NCBI GenBank assembly: GCA_013265495.1
Contig: MU058584.1
Coordinates: 6,600,407-6,664,406 of the forward strand
Reading direction: 5' to 3'
DNA from: Vicugna vicugna
Taxonomy: Eukaryota
DNA length: 64,000 nt
The notes beneath the pieces are model-generated. The model searched no databases. It was not told where the DNA came from and worked only from the letters and a program-made list of their open reading frames with translations. Shown one piece after another: positions 1 through 12,929 of the stretch. Numbering within the stretch: position 1 is the first letter of the stretch; each line of letters begins with the position of its first letter. The translations under genes and the position numbers were made by a program.

Positions 1-1239
1 GTGACATAGCTCCCCGAAATTCGTCTTCCGTCAACAACTTTTTGCAATGAATCATTAAGTAGTTATTAGAAAAATCACCACTCTAAAATTCTGCAAGACA
101 TCCAAGGAAGATAAAAAAGAAATGTAAGATATGTATTACTTTACATTAGAGGTTATAGTCTGGTTGGGGAGTTAAGGTGATCTTCATTATTCAATTAGAT
201 ATTCCATAATTAAGGGCTAAATTATATACTGTGGATAATAATTATAACAGCTTATCAAAGAAAGGAATCTCAAGGCAGGAGCAGTTGGAGAAGATGTTAA
301 AGGGAAAGATTTGAGCCATTTAACATCTCACATATCTATTTTTAGAAATGTCTATGCTAAACTCACGTAGAACCCTCCACAGTCTAGTCCTAACCTTTCT
401 CTCCAGCTTCTTCTCTAACCAATTTCCCCCCAATACAGATCTGTCCCAGAAACTCATAAAACTCAGATCAAGAGCATCAGTGGAGGCTCAAATACCATGT
501 GTTTACAAGTTTTAAAGCAAGGTAATAAACTGTTCAATAATACTATCCTACCTTGATTATCCTATCTTTATAACGATCTGGAAGGCCAGGTTCTAATTTA
601 GATTTCCTGGACTCCTGGGAGTTCCACTCGTGAACATGATGGAGTGGGAACAGCCGGCTCCCAGCCTCAAGCTCACAGCCCGCCCCTCTTCTGTTACTGT
701 ATCCAGCCCCAGCCAACAGTGTGAGGAGTCTGATGCATGCTATGTGGACCAGCTCACATATCCAAACATCCACACATACATAAATTCTCACCTCAGAGTA
801 AGTAAGCTCATATCAGCAGTGTGATCTGCCTTTGGGAAGGTGAATTTGAGGAAAAGGTCTGTGCAGGTCCTCAAGCAGGTTTGGGGCCATCTGGGCAACA
901 AATTCTGGATCCCTGGAAACCAGATTGGGGTCTGCAAAGGGCAAGGGTGGAAAGGAGGGTAATGGGAGCTCGGTACGGGCTCTGGGTGGGTGTACCTTCT
1001 CTTTCATGAACTTCTCGTTTCATGGAAGGTGTGTAGCTGGAGAAGGGCTGAAGCCTGGTCCTGTAATACACAGGACCTCAGGAAGGCATAGCCAATACAC
1101 CCTGTATTCTTACCCTCTTCCTAATTTCCCCTTTTCCCCCAAAAATTGTTTTTTAAGTATCATATATATACACACACACACACACCACTCCGCCTGTCTT
1201 TTTAACATGGAACATCTATACCTACTCTGTTGTGTATCA

Positions 1240-1502
1240 TAAGACCTTGTTCAAATGCTACCTTGTCTATGAAGCTTGGTAAACTCTCTTAGGCGCAGAT
1301 AGTTCATTTCTGCTTCGTGTTCCCTTAAAGTTTTATTTATGCCTCTTTGATGATCTCTACTATCTTGCATTGTAATCACTATTTTCCTCCACTAGACTGT
1401 GAGTACTCTGTGCATGCCTGGCCTCTTGTACCAAAAGAGGGACTGGTGACACACAGTACTCTCTCTCACAAACGTGTTTTCCAGGGGAATAAATGAATGA
1501 AA
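1240..1502 (+). mobile_element. L2 LINE 3' end fragment
   Basis: CTCCACTAGACTGTGAG followed by a GAATAAATGAATGA tail, typical of L2 3' ends. Confidence 0.7.
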
Positions 1503-2239
1503 TATACTCTTGTGGCCCCAAATGTGCCATGCTATGTAAAAGTTTGTTTATCTTGGAGCATCAGCAGTCTCTTAAGAGTAGACTTAAGCATCTACATGGC
1601 ACCATTCTGGTGAAAACTGGAAACACTCAGTCATCCAGATGTTGGGTGTCATGTGGATAAATCCCCAGATGATTGACTGAATTTTTCAGTTTTCATCGGA
1701 ATGATTGGCATTGTGTATATAGGGTCTAGTGTTATCAGCCGTTACACCCCCACCACGGTGGGTTCAAAAAGTTACTATTACAGACACAAATGCTCAGCAA
1801 GCTATTAATGGGATGCAGCGTTCTTCGTCGTATGCTACTCACGTGAAAGCTGACAAGTTCAGTGCCAAAGGTGATTTCAGTTCATCAGTCTAAGTGTCAT
1901 TAGCAACTAGCAGTTATTGGGTATTCACATGTGCAAAGCACATTTTCAAATGAAAGACATCATGACAAATGTTAGCTGATGAGAGATGGATTCTTTGTTA
2001 AGCCATGGAATCGACTTTCTTGTCGCCTACCAATTTTCTAAGAATTATGCTTAAAGGATTCAAAGTATGTACTACATTTTCACTATTAAAAGCTCACACA
2101 GTTCATGGAAGTCCTCTGTCTCCCCAGTTCCCTGTCCCTTGTCCTTGTCCTTTATCCCAAACTCCATTAACTGGACATGCGTTTGCTTGGTACATCCTGC
2201 CACTTAGCTTGGGAAGCTGAGGTGCAGCGGAAACACAAT

Positions 2240-2395
2240 GTACTGAGTTGCCTCTGTATTTGAGGAAACTCACTGAACCTCTCAGGAGTTCTGTTTCTTG
2301 ATTTCTTGTTAACAATACCTGCCTTACAGAGTTGCTGTGACAATGAATAAGATAATGTATGAGAAAGCACTGTGAAAATTCCTAAATAATACAAA
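2240..2395 (+). mobile_element. MIR SINE (degenerate)
   Basis: ACTGAACCTCTC...AATACCTGCCTTACAGAGTTGCTGTGA...ATAAGATAATGTATGAGAAAGCACT matches the MIR core and tail. Confidence 0.75.
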
Positions 2396-3329
2396 ACTAG
2401 TCAGGGTTATGACTACTTGCCTTAAGTGTACCTTTCCAATTGATCTGAGGTTTTATTGTTTTGAGGAAAACAAGCTTAGATGGTATCTGAGCAATGGTCC
2501 TTTAGGGTGTCCAGATATGACGGCAAAAAAAAAGTCAATTAAAGTGTAATAATTAGTAATGATGATGTTTGTCATGGGTAACAAGAAGAATAATCCTTCA
2601 AGTAGAGATGGGAAATTAAAGACCTCGAATTTCCCACAGGTTTTCAAGGAGATGCCAGGACTTCTAATGCAAATTCCAAAGCTCAGTGTGCTCATTCTAC
2701 TGCACTGACCTCCCCCAGCAATATTTCTTCCTTAGGGAGTTATAAAGTGAGACCTAATTTTTCATGTGCTTTTATGTGGCTCTCATGATGGAAGAGCTGG
2801 AGAGCATCAAAGAACCACCTCTGGCCATTGTGTCCGAGTGGTGCGATCTGGGCACAGGCCATGGGGTCTCTCTTGATGGGGTCCTGGGGGCCTGGGGGCC
2901 TGTGGGCCAGGCACTGCTGTTCCATGTGGCCCTGTGATAAAAAGTGGCAGCCAATAAGAATAGAATTGTCCCTCTTCCTTGAGGCAGTGACACAAGCAGA
3001 TGTGCCCTGGCAGCTTTTTCCGAACAAACACATTTGGCCAGCCGTCGTCCTCAGCTTCAAGAGAAATTTGAGAACACAGACATTTAAAAAGCCCCACGTC
3101 TGGGGGAGAAGATAAGCAATTATTACAGAACTGGCAGATAAGATTCAGGAAAGATACTCTTTAGATTAGAACTAGTAAAAGGCAAGGCCAGACAGCTAAA
3201 GAAGCAGCTGTTTTAATTGCACAACAATACCACATGGTGGCTCCAGAAAGAACTGCACTGAGAAGGCAAAATAGAATCTAAAACCCGTTTCCCCCCATGC
3301 AGCCTCTTTCTCCAAGGCATGGTGAGAAT

Positions 3330-3500
3330 TTCACCTTAACTGTGTGACCTTCGGAAAATGACATACTTATGAGACTCAGTTTCCTAACTGGAAAAGTGAA
3401 GATTGAAATGACTGCCTCACAGAGTCATTACCAGGAAGGTAAGTTCATGGTGAACCGGGCCCAGCATACAGCAGACACTTAATCAGTATTTCGTGAATGG
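3330..3500 (+). mobile_element. MIR SINE
   Basis: CTGTGTGACCTT...CTCAGTTTCCT...GAAAAGTG MIR core. Confidence 0.75.
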
Positions 3501-4763
3501 ATATAAGATGCATCTGTAAAACATCTGCTATTGTATTTTTCATTTTGAAACCTGTGTCTTCAGTATTTTGTCAAAAATGCAATTTGAAAAGAAGCATTAA
3601 AGTAAGACTTTCTCTTTGTATATGCTTCTTGTTTTTTTCTTTTGACCTTCTTTCATATCACCTCTTCGGGAAGACGCTCCTTATTTGTGCTCATGTAATT
3701 TTTTCTGCTTGTCTCTTCAATCTCTCCTCTTACTACATATAACAATATCTTAATAGATTTATGACGTGAAAATATTCCCTTGACCTACAACTCCATCAAC
3801 TCAGTCTTTAATCTTTCTCCATTTTACTATTAAAATTCTCAAGTGCACTTTCTCCTTCTAATTCTTTACTGTGAAGACATACTACAAACACACATACAAC
3901 TTTCAAAACTAGTTTATTATCCACTATGCTACAGAAACCAAATTTATTCTTGAACATCTCCAATGACTTTGTAATCATTAAATTTCATGGACTTCAAAAT
4001 CTTATTATAAATTTTTAAATAAATTCCCTTTTTAAAAATAAAAGTTCTATGTTCTAGAACCAAAGCCACAGTTTATTAGTTTTATGCTATCAAGTGAGTC
4101 TCCTTAAAGGTCTTTGGACCTCAACTTCCAAATATGTATTCCTCACCAAATTGTGAGAATAAAATAAGACAGGGTATATAAAAGTTCCTTAAAAATTGTG
4201 AAGTGTTGTGCTCATGTTAGGAATTATTGCTCTTTTTACTATTATTAGGGACATAATTTAATTAGAAACAGATCCTGCTGTGTTTCTAAGAAGACCTTAT
4301 TATTTACTCATGAGGAAGATCTATGAAAGATAATTTAGAAGGACAAAAATGAGTGCTGAAAGAGCCAGTATAAAAGTTTCTTTAAAAATTTAGCATGGAC
4401 TGACTAGGTTGGGGTGGATAAGGAATAGACACTCAATCACTACTGGAATTGATGAAGAAACGATATTGATACAGAGAGTAGATCTTTGAGTAGAGTCTTA
4501 AAGATGGATAAGGTCAGTGGTAAGAAGATGATTCCAGGCAAATGGACCTGTAAGGATGTATGTGATGCAGTGGAAGGTGACGATTCTGGAAAAGTAGGCA
4601 AGAACTGTGTCGTCCAGAGAATATATACCATTATTACACTGTGCTCATTTCTTACAAAGAACGTTCTAGAATGGCAATAAGGACAATTGTGTGTTGGTAT
4701 TTCCTTATCCTTTCTCAAATTACATTTTAATAATAATTCACCTTTCTTTTAAATTCCTCTAGG

Positions 4764-4955
4764 GCAGATGTTCTTAGCTGGGGGTGATCTTGCCCCAGGA
4801 AACATGTGGCAAAGTCTGCAGACATTGCTCATCATCACAATTAAAGGAAAGCTACTGGTATCTCGAAGGTTGAGGTCAGAGATGCTGCTACACATCTTAC
4901 AGTGCACAGGACAATACCACACAACAAAGAATTATCAGCTCCAAATATTCTAATA
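4764..4955 (+). mobile_element. MER20 (hAT-Charlie DNA transposon)
   Basis: GAGGTCAGAGATGCTGCTACACATCTTACAGTGCACAGGACA...CACAACAAAGAATTATC matches the MER20 consensus as I recall it. Confidence 0.85.
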
Positions 4956-5879
4956 TTATTATTCTCCAGAATAAAGCAGTCTCATTCAGAAGAATTTAGC
5001 CACTTTGTTTCCCAGGCCTCTGTCCAGTCCGTCCTCATGCCTGTAAGGTCTTACCTTTGACTCCAGGTTGCTTATTAGAGTATTTTCTTAAACAAAGTAA
5101 ATTCTTTTTGTAAGAGAAAATCTGGCGCCAGCTATTAGGATGGTAGACTTTCACATGCTAGGTAGAGACTCAGATGGAGGAGAAGGGTATTACACTCATG
5201 CTTACTTGGAACACAGACAGCTCTGGAACCCTGAAGATGGGCAGACTGAGGAGCATCAGGTGACAGCACCATGCACAGCAGGGGTAGCAGCTAAGGAGAA
5301 CTGTCCCATCCGTGGCTTTGTGAGAGGACTTCCACTAACCAGGGAGGGGCTGTAGGGTGGAAAGGAGTTCGGGAGGAAAAACGCAGCAGATGTGTAATGG
5401 CGGCTGTAGTGGGGAGATTGATTTGTGAGACTATCCATCACTGCTTGGAGATTTTTAGACATAATTGGGAGAGACTGTGGAAGACGGAGGTCTTTCATGA
5501 GCAAGTAGGAGCAAAATACAGAAAAGTTACATCATTATATAATTGTGATACAACTGTAACACTATATAATTCCAAGTGAGCCTGAAGACATTTGTGTGAT
5601 ATATAAGCAGCCAGACGTCCAATTCCAGGGAAGAAATATTCTAGTAGACTTGCTTTGGGGGTCATGAAACATTCCTTACAGCTGTAGAATAAGTGTAACT
5701 TTTTATGGTACATTAGCATTTTAATTTAAGCAGAAGAAAGCACTTTTTGATTTACTGTATAGAAAATTAATTGAAGAAAGAACTAATAATTCTTAGTAGT
5801 TTATTATAGTTTAACACAGGAGACTTTGACCCCAGAGGAAGGTCCTCTGGAATCCAGTTCTTACCCTCCTACTTCTATT

Positions 5880-6030
5880 TGTAGCTGTCATGGCCATTTG
5901 TCATCCAGTCAGAATGGAATCCCTAATGCCAGAGAGATGCTGGCCACTGAGAAGAGATGAGAGTCTGGTGCTCTAGGAAAGCTGCTTGACGCTGAGGCTT
6001 GGAGAACCTGCCCATCCTCTGCACAACTCC
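5880..6030 (+). mobile_element. MaLR LTR fragment (MLT1-like)
   Basis: GCTGTCATGGCCATTTG...GAGAAGAGATGAGAGTCTGGTG resembles old MLT1 LTRs. Confidence 0.4.
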
Positions 6031-7009
6031 GAAAGCTATAAATATATGTGGGTAGGATAGCACCATAATCTGGGAAATGCGTACAGATCCCTGTCACGCT
6101 CAGAGACAAGGGATAACTAAATACACATACATAATACATGTACATAAATAAATGTCTACCTGCTAGATTAGACGCATGGATCACAACCTGTGGAAATGTA
6201 TTGGAATTTAAGAGAGGAAACAGTATTTAGTTACTTTAGGAAGAATAGTTATATCATGTAAACATATCACAATTTAACTCATTGCTATAAATAAGGCTTT
6301 AGTAAACACAGTTATTACAAATATTTGCCCATATATTTTGTCATTTTAAAAACAGACTTCTAGAATTAGAATTACTGAGCCCAAATTATGAGTTGTTAGG
6401 ATTATCAGTACATATTGCAACATAGCTTTCCAAAGTTATTGTGTGTGTCATCATCCCTCTGACAGTTCATGGTATAATACAACGGTCTTTCTAACAATTC
6501 ATCTTTTACTTTCAATAGTTTGACTTAAATAATTGGATAATATAATAGTTTAAGACCATTGACTTTATTTCTAGATAGTATGTTTTATTACATAAAAATA
6601 ACTTTTTATTCCAATGAATTTTTTTCACCTAACCAGTATCTACCGTTAATCATGCTTACATTGCTGCCATTATTCATGTATTTGCATTTGCTAATAAATA
6701 ATTATTTATACTTAAAAAAAGAAAGAATAGTTATATATTAAAAGTATGTTAGTTGTGTATTTATATATTAACAGTACATATTAACAATAGTGTACTGATT
6801 AAAATAGACCACTGAAGCATCAGTATTTAACAACACTTTTAAGACTGATTTTTTATGACTTTGAGCAAGTCACTTAAACTTCTCGCCCAACTGGAGGATA
6901 GGGTTCAGAATGTCTTCCTTTTAAATTTGTTGAGAATGACTTGATCTATATACTTATACCAACGTATACAGCTTTTTCCTATCGAGCTTCTTGCCTTCGA
7001 GCAACCTTC

Positions 7010-9520
7010 TTAATTCAGTTAAAAAACATTTATTCAGGCTTCCTATATGCAAGCACGCTTTTAGATGCTTGGGTACATTGATGGAGCTTATGTTCCAGAG
7101 ACAGAGAGTAAACAACATACATAATAAAATAAATTTTGTAGTGTTAAAAGGTAATAATTGCTACAAAAAATAGAAAGCAGAAAACAGAGTAAGGAAAGTC
7201 AGAGATGCCAAGAGAGGAAGCAGGTTGTAATGCCTCAGAACCAGGATAAGCACGACAGAGGCTGGTAGAAGATAATGTCACAGAGCTAATGGGGAGCCAG
7301 ATCATACAAGGCCCATAGGTCGTTGTGGAAACTTTGATTTTACTGTAAGTGACACGGAGAACTTAAGCAGAGTTTTTAACAGAGGAAGGCCCAGATTTAA
7401 CTTTGTTTTTCAAAAAGGATCCTCCAGCAGCTGTGATGAAAGTAAAGAAGGATTTCTCAGCCTCAGCACTACTGACATTTCAAGTCAGACGATTCTTCGT
7501 GGTGGGTGCTGGCCTGTGTATTTACAATATTTAGAGCATCTTTGACCTCTGCCCCACTGCATGCCAGTGGCACCACCTCTCCCAGTTGTGACAATCAGAA
7601 ATGGTCTCCACATATTACCAAATGGGGGACACAAAACTGCCTTCAGTTGAAAGCCACTTGGACAGACTATTGAGGGATAAGAATAGATGTAGGAAGATCT
7701 TTCAGGAGGCTGTTACAATAACCCAGCACAGAGATAAATGTAGCTCAGAGCAGGTGGCAGCAGAAGACATGGTAAGCAGTGTTTGGATTCTGTATAGATT
7801 TTGAAGGCAAAGACAGAATTACTGATGGATTGTATGTAGGATGTGGGAAAAAGAGAAGAGTCAACAAAAGAGAAGAGATATTGTTGAGAATGGCTCAAAA
7901 ATTTTGGCCTGTGCAAATGGAAGGATGGAATTGCCATTAACAGAGATATGAAAGGCTATAGAAGAAACAAGTTTAGAGAGAACAGCCAAGAAAATCAGGA
8001 GTTTAGTTTGGGAAAGGTTGAATTTGGGACAGCTTAGTAGACACTCAAAGATGCCAGGTAGATGAGGAGACATACAAATCTGCAGTCAAGGGGAGAGTTC
8101 TCAGCTGAAGACATAAATGTGGGAGTCATTGACATACACACTGTATTTAAAGCCATGCAACTGAGTGAGATCACCAAGGATGGAGCCTCATTAAAGACAT
8201 AAAAAAAGAACGAAGGACTGAACTCTTTAACACTGCAATATTGAGAGTAAGGAGACCAGGAGAAATCAGCAAAGAAGGCTGAGAAGGAGTAATAATAGGA
8301 AAAAATACAAGCAAGCTGATGTTGTGAAAGCCAAAAGAAGAATATATGTCAAGGAGAAGTGATCTATAGTGTCAAATATTGCTAATGGTTCAAGGAAGAT
8401 AAAGCCTGAGAACTGACCATTTGGGCTTAACAATGGGGAAGCCATTAGTGACCACATCAAAAGAGGTTTTGATCAGGGTGCAGGTAACAGCTTGACTAAA
8501 ATGAGAGGAATGAGAAACGCCAACTATAGACAGATCTTTGCTGCAGAGGGAAACAAAGGAATGGGGCTGGTGTTGATTGGTGAAGAAATATTTTCGGTTT
8601 TGGTCTTAAGATGAAAGACATAACAAGATCCTTGTATGCTGGCTGGAATTTTCTGGTACAAAGGGGAAACTGATGTTGTAGGGGTGAGAGAGGAGAACTG
8701 GAGTAATGTCCTTGAACAGAAGAGAAGGCATGCTCCCTGTGCAAGTAGATAATTTTGCCTTAGGTAGCAGTATAGAGAGGGTTCAAGTTTAATAACAGGT
8801 AGGAAGGCAGGGTATATGCCTGCATATGCTGATAGGTAAGTTAACATGATGGTGGAAGTCTATAAGTTCTCTTCCTTTTGCTTCAGTTTTCTCAGTAAAG
8901 CAGGAAGTAAGGTTATCAGCTCAAAGTGGGGATGAAAGAGGAGGTACTGGGTATCTGAGCAGAAAAGAAAAGGTGTCAAAATAGTCACCTAGGACAGTGG
9001 GAGAGTAAACGGACTAAGTGTGGATACCTTGACTCCCTGATAGCATTAATTCCAACATGTGGTTTGTGGTTGTAAAAGTTAAGGTTTTTTCCCAGCCGTG
9101 TTCAGCTGCATGAGTGCAGGTACAGACTAGAGAGAAGCATGAAATAGATGGCCTAGTTGGGTTTATGGGCTGGAGCTTTGACAGGGTGAGAGAGGGCAAG
9201 GTTATTGAGAGCACATACAGTGGTGTCATTCTAATCATTAGCTATACATTTAACTGTGTAAGGGAAGGGAAAAAACATCAAATGAGTGAGATCGGTGAGA
9301 AGGTGGCAGGCTTATTAACTGTGGTAAAGTTAAAAGGTTGGTTATTGGGGTTAGAGTGACAAAGGGAGTGAGCGGGAAAAAATGAGAATGAAAAAAAAAA
9401 TTGGAGATGTTGCAGTTATTAGTAGTGACAGAGTCCAGGGAATGATTGTGGGAGGCTGTGGCTGAGGTCACAGAGGACAAAATTACTGGAGAAGGGAAGC
9501 CAAGGACCTAAGAGGTCATT
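7010..9520 (-). mobile_element. Long L2 LINE remnant (3' end, RT and endonuclease remnants), interrupted by MER20
   Basis: Minus-strand translations retain L2 ORF2-like motifs: FIFLEPLAIFDTIDH (8266-8460, cf. LLDLSAAFDTVDH), PKFNLSQTKLLIF (7861-8073) and HNHSLDSVTTNNC (9250-9480, cf. GHTLDLVIT). An L2 tail lies near 7010-7080. Confidence 0.9.
7449..7659 (-). mobile_element. MER20 inserted in L2
   Basis: GATTTCTCAGCCTCAGCACTACTGACATTT...CCAGTTGTGACAATCAGAAATGGTCTCCA...GTTGAAAGCCACT is the reverse complement of MER20. Confidence 0.85.
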
Positions 9521-10533
9521 GTCATTTACCAGATGTGTGAACTTAGAAGAGGAGGACTAGAATAACATGCTTAATAGGCCCTCAATAAACTGATCTTAAC
9601 CTTGCTGAGCCTTTATTCCAAACTATAGATTTTAACCTCTTTCTGCCTATGTTAGAGGACAATCGTGAGGATCATGTGGGACCATAAATTGGGAGTGTCT
9701 TGTAAATACTGCACCAATGTACAAGCACAAAGACTTTATTACATTTGCTTTGATTCATGGCTACATGGTGTGGTGTAGAAATTTGGTGAAGGGCTGAAGA
9801 TTTTAGATTTTTAAAGGATTAATAATAGGGAGCTATTTTAGGATCCTGAGCAAGAAAGTGACATAATCAACACAATCAGTAGGATTCCCTCATTTACACT
9901 GGATAGAGATAAATTTGTAATTATTTACTAATTACCTCTGTTCTTATCCTTTTCCTGCAAAACTTTTATACTATGCTCAAACATACAGATTAGATCATCT
10001 CAGTTCCTTAATTATCACCTTAATATTTCAATTGTTTACATGATAACATCTATATTCCTTTGCTTCATATTCAACAGCCTCCAAGATCTGATGTAATTTT
10101 ACCTTCCTGCCTCCTTAAGCTGCTCATCTGCTGTGCAGCCTAGTCTCCTCCAAGATTTCAGAGCACATGACTCTTCATGCTCCATGGGATTATACATTAT
10201 ACAGCAGCCCTGCTACTCCTCACATCTGATTCTGTTTGATTCCATATGCCACCTATTCAATAAAGCCTTTTACCAACATTCATCTTTCTTCTTTTGTATC
10301 TTTGTTATTGAATATATATATATATATTCATGCTATTCTTAAATATTTATTAATTGCTTATCTATCTATTCCACATGTCTTAGTAGAAATGAGCAATGAA
10401 TTCCGTACTCAAAAGCACCTATTATGGGTTTTTTTATGCTAGTAAATATTTGTTGGCTGAATAAATGAATGGAAGAATGATTGAAGGTTTCCTATGTACA
10501 AAGCACCATGCTGAATGCTGTGTTGAATATTGT

Positions 10534-10610
10534 AAAAAAGAAAAGAAAAGAAAAGAAAAGAAAAGAAAAGAAAAGAAAAGAAAAGAAAAGAAAAGAAAAG
10601 AAAAGAAAAA
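10534..10610. repeat. (AAAAG)n pentanucleotide microsatellite, about 14 units
   Basis: Read directly from the sequence. Confidence 0.98.
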
Positions 10611-10734
10611 TATATGCTCAATAAAACTCAATTCATCTAAGTGTTCCAATTTCAAAGAGCTCCCCTGCTACACTGGAAACTGCTGGCAGAGTAAGAGCAA
10701 ATGGAGTCTGACATGTCAAGTAAGAAAGACAAGG

Positions 10735-10925
10735 CAGCTATGGAGTAATGGAAAGAGAACTAAACTGGGATCAGAAGCTCTGATTTCCAAAACCAGCTCA
10801 TATGCTAGCTTTATGACTTCAGCCACCTTCACCTCTAAACATCAATGCTCTCATCTGAAAATGAGGTATTTAGATTATGTGATCTTCAAGGTCCTTTCCA
10901 ATGTTAACACTTCATGATTCTAAAA
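10735..10925 (+). mobile_element. MIR3/MIRc SINE
   Basis: GGAAAGAGAACTAAACTGGGATCAGAAG...CTCATCTGAAAATGAGG...TCTTCAAGGTCCTTTCCAA. Confidence 0.8.
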
Positions 10926-12016
10926 TGCTGTGAAATCATCAGAGTTGTGGTCAAACTCAAAATCAACTTTTGCCAAGGAGAGCCACTTACGAATATCTGG
11001 ATGGCTAGTAACCATCACTGAACAATAGAACTGTTCACAATAGAAAATAACAAATTATAATTCTTTTTTCCCCATTGTCTAAGGCAAGATCTCTGGTTCT
11101 GAAAGTTACACAATATTCTCAGCTCAAAGTCCCAAAGACTATGCCCCAGTTCTGGTTTAGAGGATATGAATAAGTACGTATCTTCAATCTAGATGGAAAC
11201 GTGTGCCCCACCTCTGTTTTAGAGGGTGCGCGTGAGTGAATGCACATCTTCTTCAATCTAGACGGAAAATATGACATACTTCAGGTTAAGTTCCAACCAA
11301 TGTGCATAGAATCACTTCTGGAACCTTGAGAAACATAGGGAAAAAAACCACTGCACAATTTCAACCAAATTGGAGTTGATGTTTGTTGCAGAGCCTGGAG
11401 ACTTGCCTCCTGGCAGAAGTAGATTTTTCCCAGTTGGTTTCAAAAGTCTAATGATATAAAACAACAGCTGGCCTTGTAATTTCTAATAGACTACATCTGC
11501 CTCTGATATTTGAGAGTGACCATGACAGCACTCTCAGTAGGGATCTCACCAAGCCTCAGAAGATAGCCTTGTTCTTTTAAAAAATCATATAATGTCTCGT
11601 GCACACATGCCCATGATTGAAGAATCTGGGCTCAACACTGGGACACACCGAGAAAACAAGAGTAAGGTTTTATTTCCTTAGGGCAACAACTAAATATCTG
11701 ACAGTCCACTTCTCAGTCCATGACTGATTGGTTTTGTTTCATTGCCACGAAAGAAGTGGCCCAATATAATGGAAAAACTGCGGGCTCTGGAGGCAGGTAG
11801 CTCTGGGCTTAATTAGTAGCTCCTCAAATCCCCAAGTTCTGTGCTGTGATAATGGTAGTGAGGATCGCTATTTTAAACAACTTAAATGTGTTGTTTTAAA
11901 GTTGAGGATAGAATTTTCAGTCTTACATACAGGAAAGGGAAGCAGCCTTGCTGGCAAGTGACTGTCAACTGCAGACAAGGGATCGGTTATCTACTGCCTC
12001 TTAGGAAGGAGCACTA

Positions 12017-12196
12017 GCAAGGCTGGCTTCATGGGTGTTCTTCCTGTGCAGTTGCAAAGGGCCCTGTGCTCAGAAGTGCCCCATGCTTGGTTTAATGTTC
12101 TGTGCTGTCGACACCTTGAGATTCTTAATAATTTTTTAACAAGGCCCCTGCATTCTCATTTTGCACTGGTCCCTGCAAATTACATACTAAGTACTG
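12017..12196 (+). mobile_element. MER91A-like (hAT-Tip100) DNA transposon
   Basis: GGCTGGCTTCATGGG...GGGCCCTGTGCTCAGAAG...CTTGGTTTAATG...TTCTTAATAATTTTT...CATTTTGCACTGG...GCAAATTA follows the MER91A consensus as I recall it. Confidence 0.8.
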
Positions 12197-12474
12197 AGAC
12201 TTAGGAAGGAAATTCAGTGCGATATGCCTGCTTGCTCAAATGTACGAAAAAGAATGCATACATGTGGAGGTGTTACTCTATCTTAAAATAAGAAGAGATA
12301 TTAGCATTTATGCATTTGGTTTCAAAGGATAAAGTTAATTCTGAGTTGGCTTTGTACAGTCTAAGTGGAGTAGATTCCACATTACATATGTAAATATAGC
12401 AAAGATTGGGAGATAAATCAAAGGGTGGCAGGAACATTCATATACAAAAGCTCTCAAACTGAAACCATTTTTTA

Positions 12475-12686
12475 GCTAGACTGCCTGGATAGAAATCCCC
12501 GCTCTGCTTACCAGCTGTATAACTTTGAGGTACTTGCTAAATCTAACTACACTTCCAATTATCATCTATAAAATGGGATCGTTGCAATCTCATTGGGTTG
12601 TTGTGAGGATTCAATAACTTATTACATGTAAAGTGCTAAGAACACTGACACAGAGTGAGTGCTCAAAAGTATTATTTATTATTATC
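12475..12686 (+). mobile_element. MIR SINE
   Basis: CATCTATAAAATGGGAT...GGGTTGTTGTGAGGATT...ACATGTAAAGTGCT...GAGTGCTCAA. Confidence 0.9.
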
Positions 12687-12929
12687 ACCCACAAAGTTTC
12701 ACTATCTTTTTGAAATAATATGTACCTGCTACTTCAAGGGATTTGAAAGCCCTCAATGAAAAACAATAAAGATAACTTTGAATTTTATTGACACTGTGAG
12801 TTTAATAAGTCATACCCACCTTAGAATAATGTTCATTCCTTTTTTAACATACAAAGGGAAGTGTCAATAGATAGCTTAGTAAGTGGGGATAAACATTGAA
12901 GTGTAAGTCGTTCATTTGTATATGTATGT

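Noticed and set aside
2740..3115. Overlapping ORFs in a GC-richer patch
   Set aside because: Open frames on both strands reflect base composition. No recognisable protein or splice pattern.
10465..10917. 150-aa Lys/Arg-rich ORF
   Set aside because: It stays open because it crosses the (AAAAG)n microsatellite; the remainder is L2/MIR sequence.
11181..11268. CRISPR-like repeat-spacer-repeat
   Set aside because: Only two copies, part of a tandem duplication, in mammalian DNA with no cas genes.
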